This document shows positions 1 through 10,377 of a stretch of 64,000 nt of DNA, piece by piece. The stretch comes from Clostridia bacterium (lineage in GTDB: Bacteria; Bacillota; Clostridia; TANB77; CAG-465): positions 21,346 to 85,345 of the forward strand of contig CAAHEI010000008.1 of the NCBI GenBank assembly GCA_900772475.1. Reading direction: 5' to 3'. The notes beneath the pieces are model-generated. The model was not told where the DNA came from. It ran no database searches and saw only the letters and a list, made by a program, of their open reading frames with translations. Both the position numbers and the translations under genes were made by a program. Every line of letters starts with the position of its first letter. The first letter of the stretch is position 1.

Positions 1-544
1 AGAATGAATCAATACCTGTTTTTTCAGTATAAGAGGCTATATTATTTTCATTAACTTCTAAATCATCTTCAAGTGGAGCCTCAAAAGTTACAATATCACC
101 ATATTTCAAATCTCTTTTAAATATAGTAGGTCTTGAAATAATTAATCTATCATTTTCTTTAGTAGTTGGAAGCATTGAAACCTGTTTTACCCCAGATATA
201 GTACCAATAAAATAATTTATTATTAAATAAAGAAGATATGCTATTACTAAGCATAAAACCCATTCTAATATCTCGCGTATAATTGCCTTACTATTTTTCC
301 TAACTTTAGCTCTAGTTTCATTGTTTATCTCGTCTGCTCTTATTTTATCATTTACATCTATATCATCATAAACAATGTCTTCTTTTTTAGGTGCTTCGTC
401 TTTTTGATTTATTTCTTCTTTCTTTTCTTCAACTTTAATGTCATTATCCTTTTTTTCTATATTTTTCTTTACCTTTGTAACTTTTCCGTTCTCATCTATA
501 TCATCAAATTCAATTTCTTTTTTTTCACTTTCGTTATTATCCAT
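1..544 (-). CDS. lepB: signal peptidase I (gene runs off left window edge; N-terminal part present)
   Basis: Manual minus-strand translation from the ATG at 542-544. It gives a Lys/Glu-rich N-terminal tail, one TM segment (WVLCLVIAYLLYLIINYF), then GVKQVSMLPTT...YGDIVTFEAP. These match the S26 Ser box (SM.PT) and GDIV box. Absent from the ORF track because it is open at the edge. Confidence 0.7.
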   Translation of the reverse strand, partial: MDNNESEKKEIEFDDIDENGKVTKVKKNIEKKDNDIKVEEKKEEINQKDEAPKKEDIVYDDIDVNDKIRADEINNETRAKVRKNSKAIIREILEWVLCLVIAYLLYLIINYFIGTISGVKQVSMLPTTKENDRLIISRPTIFKRDLKYGDIVTFEAPLEDDLEVNENNIASYTEKTGIDSF

Positions 545-672
545 ATATTTCTATTGCTAAACTCTATTAGCAATATTCCCCCTCTCCATATATCAACATA
601 ATAATTTTACCATAAAATATAATAAAAAACAATATATAAATAAAAAATGTATAAAATTAAGGTCGTGTAAAA

Positions 673-924
673 CTACACGACCCCAACTAAAGACATAAGG
701 ATTGATAGAGCTTCCTCATATCTACTATCTGACAATCCATAAGGGGCTTTTAACTCAATATACGACACCCCGTCTTCTAAATATTTATATGCTTTATAAT
801 ACCATCTTATTACACCATCTATTCTATATTGAAAGCACTCACATCCACTAGATGTTAAAACTTTTGTAATTTCGAATAAATGATCTTTGTGATTTTTTCT
901 TGCTAAAATTTTAACACTAGACAA
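673..924 (-). CDS. hypothetical small protein (83 aa)
   Basis: ORF with a TTG start preceded by AAGGAGAG at 6-nt spacing. No recognisable motif. Confidence 0.45.
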   Translation of the reverse strand: MSSVKILARKNHKDHLFEITKVLTSSGCECFQYRIDGVIRWYYKAYKYLEDGVSYIELKAPYGLSDSRYEEALSILMSLVGVV

Positions 925-1021
925 ACCAATCTCTCCTTAAATATAATATGATAAGATAAATAATTTCAATATAGTTTATATATAACATATCCTAAGATAT
1001 TATTCAAGTGATTCGAAAAAT

Positions 1022-2974
1022 TTAGTGAATATTACTTCCATTTTCAAGTATACCATTATTATTATCTAAAGTTATAAGCTTTACTACATCATAATCTCCC
1101 GCTGCAAGAAGCATTCCATTTGATTCAACTCCCCTAAGTTTTGCTGGTTTTAAATTTGTAACAACTACAACTTGTTTTTTTAATAACTCTTCCTCTGTAT
1201 AAAATTCAACTAGTCCTGAAACTATAGTCCTTGGTTGTTCCTCTCCTACATCAACACTTAATTTATACAACTTATCAGATTTTTCTATTCTACTTACTTC
1301 TTTTATTTGACCAACCTTAAGCTCAACTTTATCAAGTTCATCAATTGTAATTATTCCTTTTTTATTTTCTTCTACTTTCTCTTTTTCTTCATTTTTTTCT
1401 ACAACTTGTTCATTCATTTTTTCTATCTCCTCTTTAATATCAACTCTTGGAAATAAATTATTACCTTTTGTTACAATTGTACCTTCTTTTAGAAGGCCAA
1501 AATTCTTTGCACTATCCCAACTTGTTATATCTTCTTCAATTCCTATTTGCTTAAAAATTTCACCTGGGACATCAACCATATATGGTCTAAGTAATATACC
1601 TATTATTCTTATACATTCAACTAGATTATATAGTACTGTATTTAGTCTATCCTCTTTTCCTTCTTTACCAAGTACCCATGGCATTGATAAATCAATATAT
1701 TTATTTGACTTATCAATAAGTTTCCAAATTTCTGTAATTGCATCATTTATTTTTAATTTATCCATTAACTCTTCAACCTTTAATGGTACTTCTTTTGCAA
1801 GTTGAATCAAATCACCATCATAATTTTCAAAAGATTTTCCTTTTTTTATTACTCCATTATTATACTTAGAAACCATTGCAGTTACTCTACTTACAAGATT
1901 TCCTAAATCATTTGATAAATCTGAGTTAGATTTTTCCAAAAATAACTCTTCTGAGAAGTTTCCATCTTGTCCTAAAGTCATTTCATGAAGTAGGAAATAT
2001 CTTACAGAATCCCTTGAAGTTGCATTTATATATACTCTTGGATCTTTATAATTTCCAAACGATTTTGATATTTTATTTCCATCAACTACAAGCCATCCAT
2101 GACCATATATTTTCTTTGGAAGTGGTAAATCAAGTGCCATTAAAAGTGCTGGCCATATCATCGCATGAAACCTAAATATTTCTTTTCCAACTAAATGTAG
2201 ATCTGCTGGCCAATACTTCTTAAATTTTGATTCGTTACCACTTAAATAGCCAAGTCCAGATATATAGTTAGTTAAAGCATCTATCCAAACATATACTGTA
2301 TGTTTTGGATCAAATGGTACCTTTATTCCCCATTTAACACCTGTTCTTGAAACACATAAATCCTCAATACCCTTTTTAAAGAAGTTATTTATAAGCTCAT
2401 TCTTTCTGGAAATAGGCTCTAAAAATTCAGGATTTTCATCAAAAAACTTAAGTAATCTATCCTGATATTTTGAAAGTTTAAAGAAATAACTTTCCTCTTT
2501 TACAAGTTCAACATCTCTGCCACAATCCGGACATTTTCCATCTACAGCTTGTGTTTCAGTCCAAAATGATTCACATGGAGTACAATATAGTCCTTCATAT
2601 TCAGATTTATAAATATCTCCATTATTATATAATTTTTCAAATATTTTCTTAACACATTCAACATGTTCTTCATCAGTTGTTCTTATATACTTATCATATG
2701 TTATTCCTAAATCATTCCATAATTTCTTTGTATCTGTTACAATTTTATCAACATATTCTTTTGGAGTAACACCTGCGTCTTTTGCTTTTCTTTCAATTTT
2801 TTGTCCGTGTTCATCTGTTCCTGTCATGAAAAACACGTCATATCCTCTAAGCCTTTTATATCTTGCAATTGCATCAGCTACAACTGTACAGTAACAATGT
2901 CCAATATGAAAGTTACCACTTGGATAATATATAGGTGTTGTAATATAATATTTCTGCTTTTCCACTTTAATCAC
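1022..2974 (-). CDS. metG: methionyl-tRNA synthetase with C-terminal tRNA-binding (EMAP-like) domain
   Basis: 650 aa. HIGH-type motif (GNFHIGH), KMSKS-type motif (KISKS), Zn knuckles (CTPCE, CPDCGR). C-terminal LKVGQI...SNGMLL tRNA-binding domain. Confidence 0.95.
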   Translation of the reverse strand: MIKVEKQKYYITTPIYYPSGNFHIGHCYCTVVADAIARYKRLRGYDVFFMTGTDEHGQKIERKAKDAGVTPKEYVDKIVTDTKKLWNDLGITYDKYIRTTDEEHVECVKKIFEKLYNNGDIYKSEYEGLYCTPCESFWTETQAVDGKCPDCGRDVELVKEESYFFKLSKYQDRLLKFFDENPEFLEPISRKNELINNFFKKGIEDLCVSRTGVKWGIKVPFDPKHTVYVWIDALTNYISGLGYLSGNESKFKKYWPADLHLVGKEIFRFHAMIWPALLMALDLPLPKKIYGHGWLVVDGNKISKSFGNYKDPRVYINATSRDSVRYFLLHEMTLGQDGNFSEELFLEKSNSDLSNDLGNLVSRVTAMVSKYNNGVIKKGKSFENYDGDLIQLAKEVPLKVEELMDKLKINDAITEIWKLIDKSNKYIDLSMPWVLGKEGKEDRLNTVLYNLVECIRIIGILLRPYMVDVPGEIFKQIGIEEDITSWDSAKNFGLLKEGTIVTKGNNLFPRVDIKEEIEKMNEQVVEKNEEKEKVEENKKGIITIDELDKVELKVGQIKEVSRIEKSDKLYKLSVDVGEEQPRTIVSGLVEFYTEEELLKKQVVVVTNLKPAKLRGVESNGMLLAAGDYDVVKLITLDNNNGILENGSNIH

Positions 2975-3375
2975 TCCTTATTTACTTTTACTACTACTGT
3001 AGATATAGCATTATCCTTTACATGAGAAATGCTAACATCTATTTCTACCTCATGTTTATCACATGCTTTTTTTATTTCTTCATTTAAAATATATACCTTT
3101 GGCCTTCTAGATAGTTCCTCTATATTTAATATTTCTACATCTAAATAGCTTATTGTTAAATTGTTTTCTATTATAAATTTAGACATTGCTTTATATATTG
3201 CTTCTTTTGCAGCAAATCTTCCAGCATATCTTTGATATTTTATATCAGATTTTATTTTGTCTATATTTTCTATTTCATTTTTAGTATATATATTTTCCTT
3301 AAATCCTTTTGTATTCTTTACTGCATCTTCTATACGAGATACCTCAATTATATCTGTTCCACAATATATTTGCAT
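2971..3375 (-). CDS. acpS: holo-[acyl-carrier-protein] synthase (4'-phosphopantetheinyl transferase)
   Basis: 134 aa. N-terminal [10 protein letters not shown] and [10 protein letters not shown] blocks are typical of AcpS. Its stop overlaps the metG start by 4 nt. Confidence 0.85.
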   Translation of the reverse strand: MQIYCGTDIIEVSRIEDAVKNTKGFKENIYTKNEIENIDKIKSDIKYQRYAGRFAAKEAIYKAMSKFIIENNLTISYLDVEILNIEELSRRPKVYILNEEIKKACDKHEVEIDVSISHVKDNAISTVVVKVNKE

Positions 3376-3387
3376 AAAATTCCCCCA

Positions 3388-4743
3388 TTAAAATTTCTTT
3401 TCAAACTTATGCTTTATCCAGCTTGCAATAAGATATGTTGGATAACTTAAAGCTGAAAAAACCATCGCTATTATTATATATACTTGAATATCCTCTAAAT
3501 TTATTACATTTGTTAACATTTGAATACCAGAAAAACTTATATTTATAACATAAAAAATCATAAGTATCATACTTATCCTTGATTGATTATTGCTTACAAC
3601 ATAATCATAATATTCTAAATATTCTTTATGAACCTCGTCATAAAGTTCTGGAAGGCCAAATGCTTTTTGCCATAATTTCCAGATATCCATTCCGTGTTCT
3701 GAGTTAGTAATTTGTCCAAACCAACTTGAATTTGTAAATTGAGTTAAATTTTTCTTTAATTTTTTAACTGCTGTTTTATCTTGTCTCATTAAATCCTGCG
3801 AAAAATTTATAAGACTGATTCTTTGATATAATGCTATAAGCACCATATACAAATATCTTTTTTCAAAATTATATGGCATTCTTGTTATATCATATTTTTC
3901 TTTATCAGATACAAATACAACTCCACTCTCTCTTGAAAATCCAAACATTGAGTATTTCCATCTAGAATAAACGTTATCAAAAAGTCTATCACATTCTTCA
4001 TTAAAAATAGCACTACTTTTACTATGCATAACGTACTGAAATTTATAGAAATCATTTTGCATTTTATAAAAATCTGTATCTTTCTCCCAATCATCTACAC
4101 AAACATATGAATATGTAAACATTTTGTCAAAATACATTTTATCTAAACTTTTGCTTTCATATTCAGAAGTTATATTTCTTATAAATTTAGGAATATTAAT
4201 TATTTTACTATTTTCGACTATTCTATTGGTTGCATTTCCTTTTATTCTAGGTGTTAAATTTCTAAAATAATGGTTAAAATCTAATATTTTATTAAAGTCA
4301 ATTAACTCACTTTTCTCATCAATTTGTGTTTTAAAGTCTATGAAACATATACCACCTTCAAAACATATTATTTTAATATCCGATATATCATAATTAATAA
4401 CTTTACCATCGAAATCTGTTATACTACCTTTTTTTATTCTAGCCATATTGTATTTAAACGTTACACATGTAGTTTTACTAAGTTCTAATGATCTTCTAAA
4501 AACTCCTTGTGTTTTAAATTTTTTTATATACTTTTTATCCCAAAATAAAGAAGGAAACAAAAATTTTCTCATATATGGCAAAAAGAAATCGTACGACTCT
4601 TCATCGCTTTTATATTGATGATATACCATAGTCCACTCTTTTGTTTTCTTTAATATGCTTTCTATAAAATATGGATATTTCTCACTATCTATTACAAACG
4701 GATATAGAAAATGAGTATACTGATATTCGGCTTTAATATGCAT
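3388..4743 (-). CDS. hypothetical membrane protein (large soluble N-domain, hydrophobic C-terminal segments; CorA-like topology only)
   Basis: ORF 3388-4767. The ATG at 4743 follows AGAGGTGG. The C-terminal ~70 aa are hydrophobic (ISMILMIFYVINISF..., YIIIAMVFSALSYPTYLIASWI). No GMN motif. Confidence 0.55.
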   Translation of the reverse strand: MHIKAEYQYTHFLYPFVIDSEKYPYFIESILKKTKEWTMVYHQYKSDEESYDFFLPYMRKFLFPSLFWDKKYIKKFKTQGVFRRSLELSKTTCVTFKYNMARIKKGSITDFDGKVINYDISDIKIICFEGGICFIDFKTQIDEKSELIDFNKILDFNHYFRNLTPRIKGNATNRIVENSKIINIPKFIRNITSEYESKSLDKMYFDKMFTYSYVCVDDWEKDTDFYKMQNDFYKFQYVMHSKSSAIFNEECDRLFDNVYSRWKYSMFGFSRESGVVFVSDKEKYDITRMPYNFEKRYLYMVLIALYQRISLINFSQDLMRQDKTAVKKLKKNLTQFTNSSWFGQITNSEHGMDIWKLWQKAFGLPELYDEVHKEYLEYYDYVVSNNQSRISMILMIFYVINISFSGIQMLTNVINLEDIQVYIIIAMVFSALSYPTYLIASWIKHKFEKKF

Positions 4744-4875
4744 ATTACCACCTCTTTTGTTATACATATATATTATACTGTTTTTTACATAAAGTCAATA
4801 TTTTTACAATAATTTTAACATAAACACTTGATTTTTAAAACTATAAATGCTATAATGATTTAGTACTTGATGTAT

Positions 4876-4951
4876 CGGGGTATAGCTCAGTTGGTAGAGC
4901 GCGTGGTTTGGGACCATGAGGTCGCACGTTCGAACCGTGTTACTCCGACCA
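4876..4951 (+). tRNA. tRNA-Pro (anticodon UGG)
   Basis: 76-nt cloverleaf folded by hand. Acceptor CGGGGTA/TACTCCG, D arm GCTC/GAGC, anticodon stem CGTGG/CCATG with loop TTTGGGA, T arm GCACG-TTCGAAC-CGTGT, encoded CCA. Confidence 0.92.
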
Positions 4952-4968
4952 TTTTTTTGCAATTTTTA
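4946..4968 (+). repeat. attL core (direct repeat copy 1; overlaps last 6 nt of tRNA-Pro)
   Basis: Exact 23-nt match to 16320-16342. Confidence 0.85.
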
Positions 4969-4998
4969 GAAAATTGCAGAAAACTGAAAAAGGTTTAA

Positions 4999-5037
4999 AG
5001 AGTATTAACGAGTAAGGTTTCGTTAATACTCTTTTTC
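4999..5037 (+). terminator. intrinsic terminator downstream of tRNA-Pro (element-borne)
   Basis: Stem AGAGTATTAACG/CGTTAATACTCT followed by TTTTTC. Confidence 0.65.
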
Positions 5038-5188
5038 TATGGAGTTTTAAAAAATCTTGAAAAATCCTGAAAAAAATTGTAATTTTGTTCAGAATTTTAT
5101 GTTCCGAAAACATTTTTTCTCAAATAAAAAATGTTCAGAAAAGTTCCGAAAAATTTTATAGAGTATTCTTCCTAGAAAGGAAGTTAAT

Positions 5189-6094
5189 TTGAAACAGATA
5201 GTTTACTATAAAATAAATGAAACATTAAGTAATAAATATTATCAAATACCACAAGAACTATTTGAAAACTCATTATATAAAGATAATTTAAATTCAGATA
5301 GCAAAATACTATATGCTTTTTTGCTAGACAGATTATCATTATCTCAAAAACATCATTGGGTAGATGAAGAATATAGAATATATTTGATATTTACTAGAGA
5401 AGAAGTACAAGAAAAATTACATTTATCAGACAAAACAGTTACTAAAGCATTTAAACAATTAAGTAATGTCGGCTTAGTAGAAGAAAAAAGGCAAGGTCTT
5501 GGCAAACCTAATTTAATATATGTCGGAAAAATACAATATGAAGAAACAGAAAATATACGATTCCAGAGTCGTAAAAATTACGATTCTGGAGAAGGAAATA
5601 TTACGGCTCTTGAATCGGAAGATTTACGAGGAATCAATACTAATATTATCAAAACTAATATAATCAATACTGAGTCTATCAATCCTAATAATGATAATGA
5701 ACATGAATTACAAAAAATTAAAGATAAATGTAAATTAAATGAATTTGCTAAAGAAGAAATAACAATTTTAGAAGATGTGATTGATAGCTTATATTATAAA
5801 GATACCTTAAAAGTAGGAAGTGTTATTGTTAATCACTACAAGATATTAGATAAACTAAAATTGATAGTTAAAGAAAATTTAATTCAGTTATTAAATATAT
5901 TAAATAATATTCCAAACATACAAAATGCTAAAAATTATTTGATGATTTGCTTATACAACAATTTAGGAAACACACATATAACCACTAAAAAAACAAGTAC
6001 TACTTCAGCTTGTAATGAAAGAGAATACCCAGAAGACTTCTTGAACAGCTTATATGCTAACGTTGCTTATGAGAATAGCTTAATATCTCCGTAA
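5189..6094 (+). CDS. replication initiator protein, RepA_N family
   Basis: 301 aa. N-terminal YYQIPQELFEN...LNSDSKILYAFLLDRLSLS...IYLIFTREEVQEKLHLSDKTVTKAFKQL is typical of Firmicute RepA_N initiators. TTG start after AAAGGAAG. Confidence 0.75.
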   Translation: MKQIVYYKINETLSNKYYQIPQELFENSLYKDNLNSDSKILYAFLLDRLSLSQKHHWVDEEYRIYLIFTREEVQEKLHLSDKTVTKAFKQLSNVGLVEEKRQGLGKPNLIYVGKIQYEETENIRFQSRKNYDSGEGNITALESEDLRGINTNIIKTNIINTESINPNNDNEHELQKIKDKCKLNEFAKEEITILEDVIDSLYYKDTLKVGSVIVNHYKILDKLKLIVKENLIQLLNILNNIPNIQNAKNYLMICLYNNLGNTHITTKKTSTTSACNEREYPEDFLNSLYANVAYENSLISP

Positions 6095-6248
6095 GAAATA
6101 GCTCCGATATGAAATTGCAAGAATATCGCTAATATGCAACTTCACTTAATAAAATAGCTTGACTATTTTATTAAGCCTAAAAAATACTTTAGTTATTTTT
6201 TAGGAAAGGGTGCAGGAACTCCTGCCACACAGATAAGTTTTGTATAAA

Positions 6249-6272
6249 ACTTGTCTAGTGTGTTAGACAAGT
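6249..6272 (+). other. candidate oriT (MobV-type nick hairpin)
   Basis: Perfect 9-bp inverted repeat ACTTGTCTA/TAGACAAGT around the loop GTGTGT, 35 nt upstream of the relaxase gene. TAGTGTGTTA resembles the pMV158-family nick region (recalled from memory). Confidence 0.5.
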
Positions 6273-6306
6273 AAACTTATTTTAGCAAGAAAGGCTTTGT
6301 AGGAAT

Positions 6307-7488
6307 ATGAGTTATGCTATCGTAAGAAACGAAAAATTAACAAGAAGTCAAGCACAAGGTATATGTGTTCATAATGATAGAAAAGCAAAAAATCATTCAA
6401 ATAAAGAGATAGATACAAGCAAAACACACCTAAATTATTATTTAAAGAAAAATGAATTAAATTATATAAAGGAATTTGACAGACTAAAAGAAGAAAACAA
6501 CTTAAAAGGTCAAATACGAAGTAATAGTATTATAATTTGTGAAATGATATTCACATCTGATAAAGAGTTCTTTGAAAAAATTGGATTAGAAGAAACAAAA
6601 AGATATTTTGAAGAAAGCTATAAATTTATATCTAATTATAAAAATCTTGAAGAGAAAAATATAATCTCTGCTGTAATTCATTTAGATGAAGGAACTCCTC
6701 ATATGCATTTAGCATATATCCCAGTAATTCATGCAACAGATAAGCAAGGAAATCCAATAGATAAAATTTGTGCAAGAGATTTTTGGCAAGGTAGAGATAG
6801 TTACCGAAAATTGCAAAATGCTTACTTTGAATATGTATCTTCCAAAGGATTTGAATTAGAAAGAGGTTTACCTGCTGAAGAAACAGGAAGAAAACATGAA
6901 AAGATACAAGATTTTAAACAAATAACTAATTTTGAAAATACTAAAAAGATATTAAAAAATATAACATTAGAATTGCCAGAAGTTCCAGATATAAATGATA
7001 TTAAATTAATAAAACTTAATAAAGAAAAGATTACAAATGAAATTATAAAACCACAAAATGATTTAATTTTAAAACTTTATGATGAAAATGTATCTTTATA
7101 CAAAGAACTATCCAAACAAGTAAATGTAGTTAATGATGCAACTAAATATGTTAAAGAAAGAAATTCTATTTTAAATGAAAATTATAACTTGAATTCACAA
7201 ATTAAAGAATTAAAAAAAGATTATAATATTAAGCTTGATAACATGGAATATTCATACGAAAGAAAAATCAATAAATTAGAGAGAGAAATTAACTTTTTAG
7301 AAAAAGTCATTGATAGATTTAAAATAACTGTAAGTAAATTTATACACTGGATATGTGACAAGTTCTCTGTTTCATCTGAGGATATGCTTATAATAGATTT
7401 TGAGAAAGAAACACATAATAACTTCAACACAGAAAAACAAATTAAATACGAGCAAAATAAGCACAAAGAATATGAATTAGAATTATAA
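6307..7488 (+). CDS. plasmid recombination/mobilisation relaxase, Mob/Pre (MobV) family
   Basis: 393 aa. N-terminal MSYAIVRNEKLT and the HxDExxPHxH block (HLDEGTPHMHLAYIPV). Coiled-coil C-terminus. Confidence 0.88.
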   Translation: MSYAIVRNEKLTRSQAQGICVHNDRKAKNHSNKEIDTSKTHLNYYLKKNELNYIKEFDRLKEENNLKGQIRSNSIIICEMIFTSDKEFFEKIGLEETKRYFEESYKFISNYKNLEEKNIISAVIHLDEGTPHMHLAYIPVIHATDKQGNPIDKICARDFWQGRDSYRKLQNAYFEYVSSKGFELERGLPAEETGRKHEKIQDFKQITNFENTKKILKNITLELPEVPDINDIKLIKLNKEKITNEIIKPQNDLILKLYDENVSLYKELSKQVNVVNDATKYVKERNSILNENYNLNSQIKELKKDYNIKLDNMEYSYERKINKLEREINFLEKVIDRFKITVSKFIHWICDKFSVSSEDMLIIDFEKETHNNFNTEKQIKYEQNKHKEYELEL

Positions 7489-7504
7489 AAGGAGATTGAT
7501 AATT

Positions 7505-7858
7505 ATGGATATAGAATACAGAAAAGTTGGAGACTACTATTTACCTAATTTAGTAGCTCCAGAAAATATTAAAAATTTTAAATTAGGCAAATATGGAAAG
7601 TTAAGACTTAAGTATTTAAAAGACTTCAAAAAAACAGAATATACAATTTTACTTATGGATAATAAATTACAAAAACATTTACTACAGATAGATAAACAAG
7701 CAAATGATAGCTATGAATTACTAATGAAACAATTTGCTGAAAAAGAAAATATATCAGAAGAATTAAAAGCTACAAATCAAATGGAATGGGTTGGCAGAAT
7801 GAATAATATTAAAAATCGTGCTGAAGAAATTATATTAAAAGAATTAATTTATATTTAA
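7505..7858 (+). CDS. tnpV: TnpV-like protein
   Basis: YRKVGDYYLPNL...LGKYGKLRLKYLKDF...MEWVGRMNNIKNRAEEIILKELIYI closely parallels Tn4451 TnpV. The ATG at 7505 lies 10 nt after AAAGGAG; the track ORF starts at a TTG at 7496. Confidence 0.8.
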   Translation: MDIEYRKVGDYYLPNLVAPENIKNFKLGKYGKLRLKYLKDFKKTEYTILLMDNKLQKHLLQIDKQANDSYELLMKQFAEKENISEELKATNQMEWVGRMNNIKNRAEEIILKELIYI

Positions 7859-7987
7859 TTTTAAAATGATTTGTTATAAGTAATTAAGAGAAGTTAACAA
7901 TGATATTGTAAAAGATAGGTTGTAGTCTAAAGAAATAAGCAAATGGCAAGTAAGTTTATTCTCACTTGCCTAATTGCTTATTAAATT

Positions 7988-9778
7988 TTAATTCCTATCA
8001 AAATCAAATCCATCTGTTTCTTGTGTTTTCTGCAAATTTCTTGTTTGTGTTCTTATAATTTCAGCTGATACAGCGTTTACTTCTTCAATACCCATACCTA
8101 AATTAACTGTTCCTTTAGAAACTTCTTCAGAACTCATTGTTTTAGATAATGCCTCATCTAATAAAACTTTAAATTCGTCATCTGAAAATTCAGCTTCTTC
8201 CCAATTTGCCCTAACATCTTCCATTAATTTAGCTAAATTTTCTTCCGTATATTCTCTTCCAGTTACCATTGTATCAATTATATCATTTTGAACTATAGCA
8301 TATAAAGAGTCTAAATCATTTTCATGTTTTGATTTTGAACCATCCAGGACTTCTCTAGTACTTTCTAAATAACTTTTAGCTTTTTCACTTACTACTTCAA
8401 TATCTTCTTTTGGAATTCCTAGTTGTTCAAAAAATTTAGCTCCATTTGCAAATAATCTAATTTTTGTATATAGTTGTATTCTCAATGTTGCTGTTTTTTC
8501 TGCTAGTTCTGGCGGCATACTTTCAAGCATTGCATATGACTCTAGTAAATTATCAATTTGTGGTGCCTCAGTTTCAAAATATTGTGTATAATATTTTTTT
8601 ACATCTGCTAATAATGACGGAGTTATTGCTTCTCGTTGTTCTTGAGTTAACAGAGATTCTTTTCTTTCTCCACTTTTATGAGTTAATAATGAAACTTGAC
8701 CATCTTTCATTATTAAGTTTCCACCGAGATTATTTGATTCTTCAATTTCTTCCAAAACGTTTCTAGAATTTATTGTTCCATGATTTGTTCCTATATAATC
8801 AGCTATAAATCCATATCTTGGACTTGTCACATCAGAAATTTCACTCATTTCCTCTGGTAAAGTTCCAAATTGTCTCAATAATCTTATTTTTGTAATGGCT
8901 GCTTTTTCATCTTCTAGACTTTCCATAAATCTATCAACTGGTAAAAATTTTCTCTTTCTATCTCTATCAAAATTTCTAAAGGGATGTACTATTTTTCTTC
9001 TTTCATTTATTGCACTTTTTATTACTGCATAATTTTCTTGAATTTCTTCATCTGTAAATGTAGTTAAATCGAAAACAGTTTCTTCACTATCTCCCGAAAT
9101 TTGATGTCCATATTTTTCATAGAAGTTTGGATCACGTCCAAAATTTCTAAATGAGCATTTTTCTCCATCACTTTTTGTACAATCCCATGTTACATCTATA
9201 CCTCTTAGTTTTCCATCTAATTCAACAACATTAAATGCATGTACTCTTCTTTGATTTTGATAGTGACATGGTATACCTAACCTGTCCATCATCTCTTTAA
9301 ATGTTTGAGCCATTCCTGCACATGTTAATTGATTATATAATACCCCATTTAATCCTCTTTCAGTTACTCCACTAGATAATATATCTTGTTTTAGGTCTTT
9401 TACATATTCAGTATCCACTGCTAAAGCGTTATATGCATACATACATTTTTGAGTATCTGTCCATTCAGGATTTATTCCTTCTTCAATTCTTTCAAAATAT
9501 TCTAAGATTTTAGTTAATCCTTTTGGTGCTGATTGAGTTCTTTCAATGTAATTTGAATTATTAAATTTTTCTTTACTATAATAATCTAAACCGCCTAAAA
9601 TACTAAAATATACATTATCTGTTTTTATTTGTTTTATTATTTCACTAGACTGCCCTTTTGTATTTGGTAATACTAAACAAGTTCTTATTTGAAAGGCATT
9701 TATCCTATCTACATCTTCTTGAGTAATTTCTCCTTCTACTCTATATGTTCCATCTTCTATTAACTCAAATGTAGCCAT
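7988..9778 (-). CDS. transglutaminase-like (papain-fold Cys-His-Asp) domain protein with long acidic helical C-terminus
   Basis: 596 aa. Candidate triad: QLTCAGMAQTF (Cys), RRVHAFNVVEL (His), GIDVTWD (Asp), with spacing as in the transglutaminase-core family. No signal peptide or TM. The SD GGTGGTG overlaps the end of the upstream ORF. Confidence 0.6.
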   Translation of the reverse strand: MATFELIEDGTYRVEGEITQEDVDRINAFQIRTCLVLPNTKGQSSEIIKQIKTDNVYFSILGGLDYYSKEKFNNSNYIERTQSAPKGLTKILEYFERIEEGINPEWTDTQKCMYAYNALAVDTEYVKDLKQDILSSGVTERGLNGVLYNQLTCAGMAQTFKEMMDRLGIPCHYQNQRRVHAFNVVELDGKLRGIDVTWDCTKSDGEKCSFRNFGRDPNFYEKYGHQISGDSEETVFDLTTFTDEEIQENYAVIKSAINERRKIVHPFRNFDRDRKRKFLPVDRFMESLEDEKAAITKIRLLRQFGTLPEEMSEISDVTSPRYGFIADYIGTNHGTINSRNVLEEIEESNNLGGNLIMKDGQVSLLTHKSGERKESLLTQEQREAITPSLLADVKKYYTQYFETEAPQIDNLLESYAMLESMPPELAEKTATLRIQLYTKIRLFANGAKFFEQLGIPKEDIEVVSEKAKSYLESTREVLDGSKSKHENDLDSLYAIVQNDIIDTMVTGREYTEENLAKLMEDVRANWEEAEFSDDEFKVLLDEALSKTMSSEEVSKGTVNLGMGIEEVNAVSAEIIRTQTRNLQKTQETDGFDFDRN

Positions 9779-9789
9779 AATTACACCAC

Positions 9790-10242
9790 CTATCTTGTAA
9801 ATAATCTTTTGATTTTATTTAATAACTTTTGAATGAAGTTTTCTTTTTTATATTCAACTATTGCTGTAATTTCTTCTGCTATTTGTTCTACTTCTTTTTC
9901 TTTATTCTTATTTTTGAAGATATTATCAGGATTATATTTTTCTCTTATTTCTTCGTTTCGTTTTTTATCATTATTTGAATATGCTCTTATCAATTCTTGC
10001 TTTTCTTCTTCATTTTCACACCAATAATTAAGATTAAGCATTGCTAATATTGCAAGAGTTTTTCTTTCTAATTTCTGTTCTTCTAATGGAATATTTTTAT
10101 CTATACTAGGTTCATAGCCTTGTAACTTTTCACTTTTGAACATTTCTCTCATTTTTTTTGGAACTTTTTCAACATATCTGATTTTCATAAAAGATAATAT
10201 TTTATCTACTTCTGCATACGCTTTTAATAAATTGTTTTCCAT
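9790..10242 (-). CDS. hypothetical protein (150 aa), co-transcribed with the transglutaminase-like gene
   Basis: ORF with 11-nt spacing to the downstream gene. Lys/Glu-rich helical sequence with no known motif. Confidence 0.5.
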   Translation of the reverse strand: MENNLLKAYAEVDKILSFMKIRYVEKVPKKMREMFKSEKLQGYEPSIDKNIPLEEQKLERKTLAILAMLNLNYWCENEEEKQELIRAYSNNDKKRNEEIREKYNPDNIFKNKNKEKEVEQIAEEITAIVEYKKENFIQKLLNKIKRLFTR

Positions 10243-10377
10243 ATTATACCCTCCAAATATAAAATAATTTTATCATAACCAATTATTTTGTGTCAACAAA
10301 ATATCGCTTTATTAGAGATATTTTAAAAAATAAAAATAGTACAATTAATTCGTTAATAAAGCGAACGAGGTATAATA

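Noticed and set aside
404-601. Plus-strand 65-aa ORF (Phe/Ile/Leu-rich).
   Set aside because: It is antisense to the signal peptidase gene. Its composition is the mirror image of Lys/Glu-rich coding sequence, and it has no SD.
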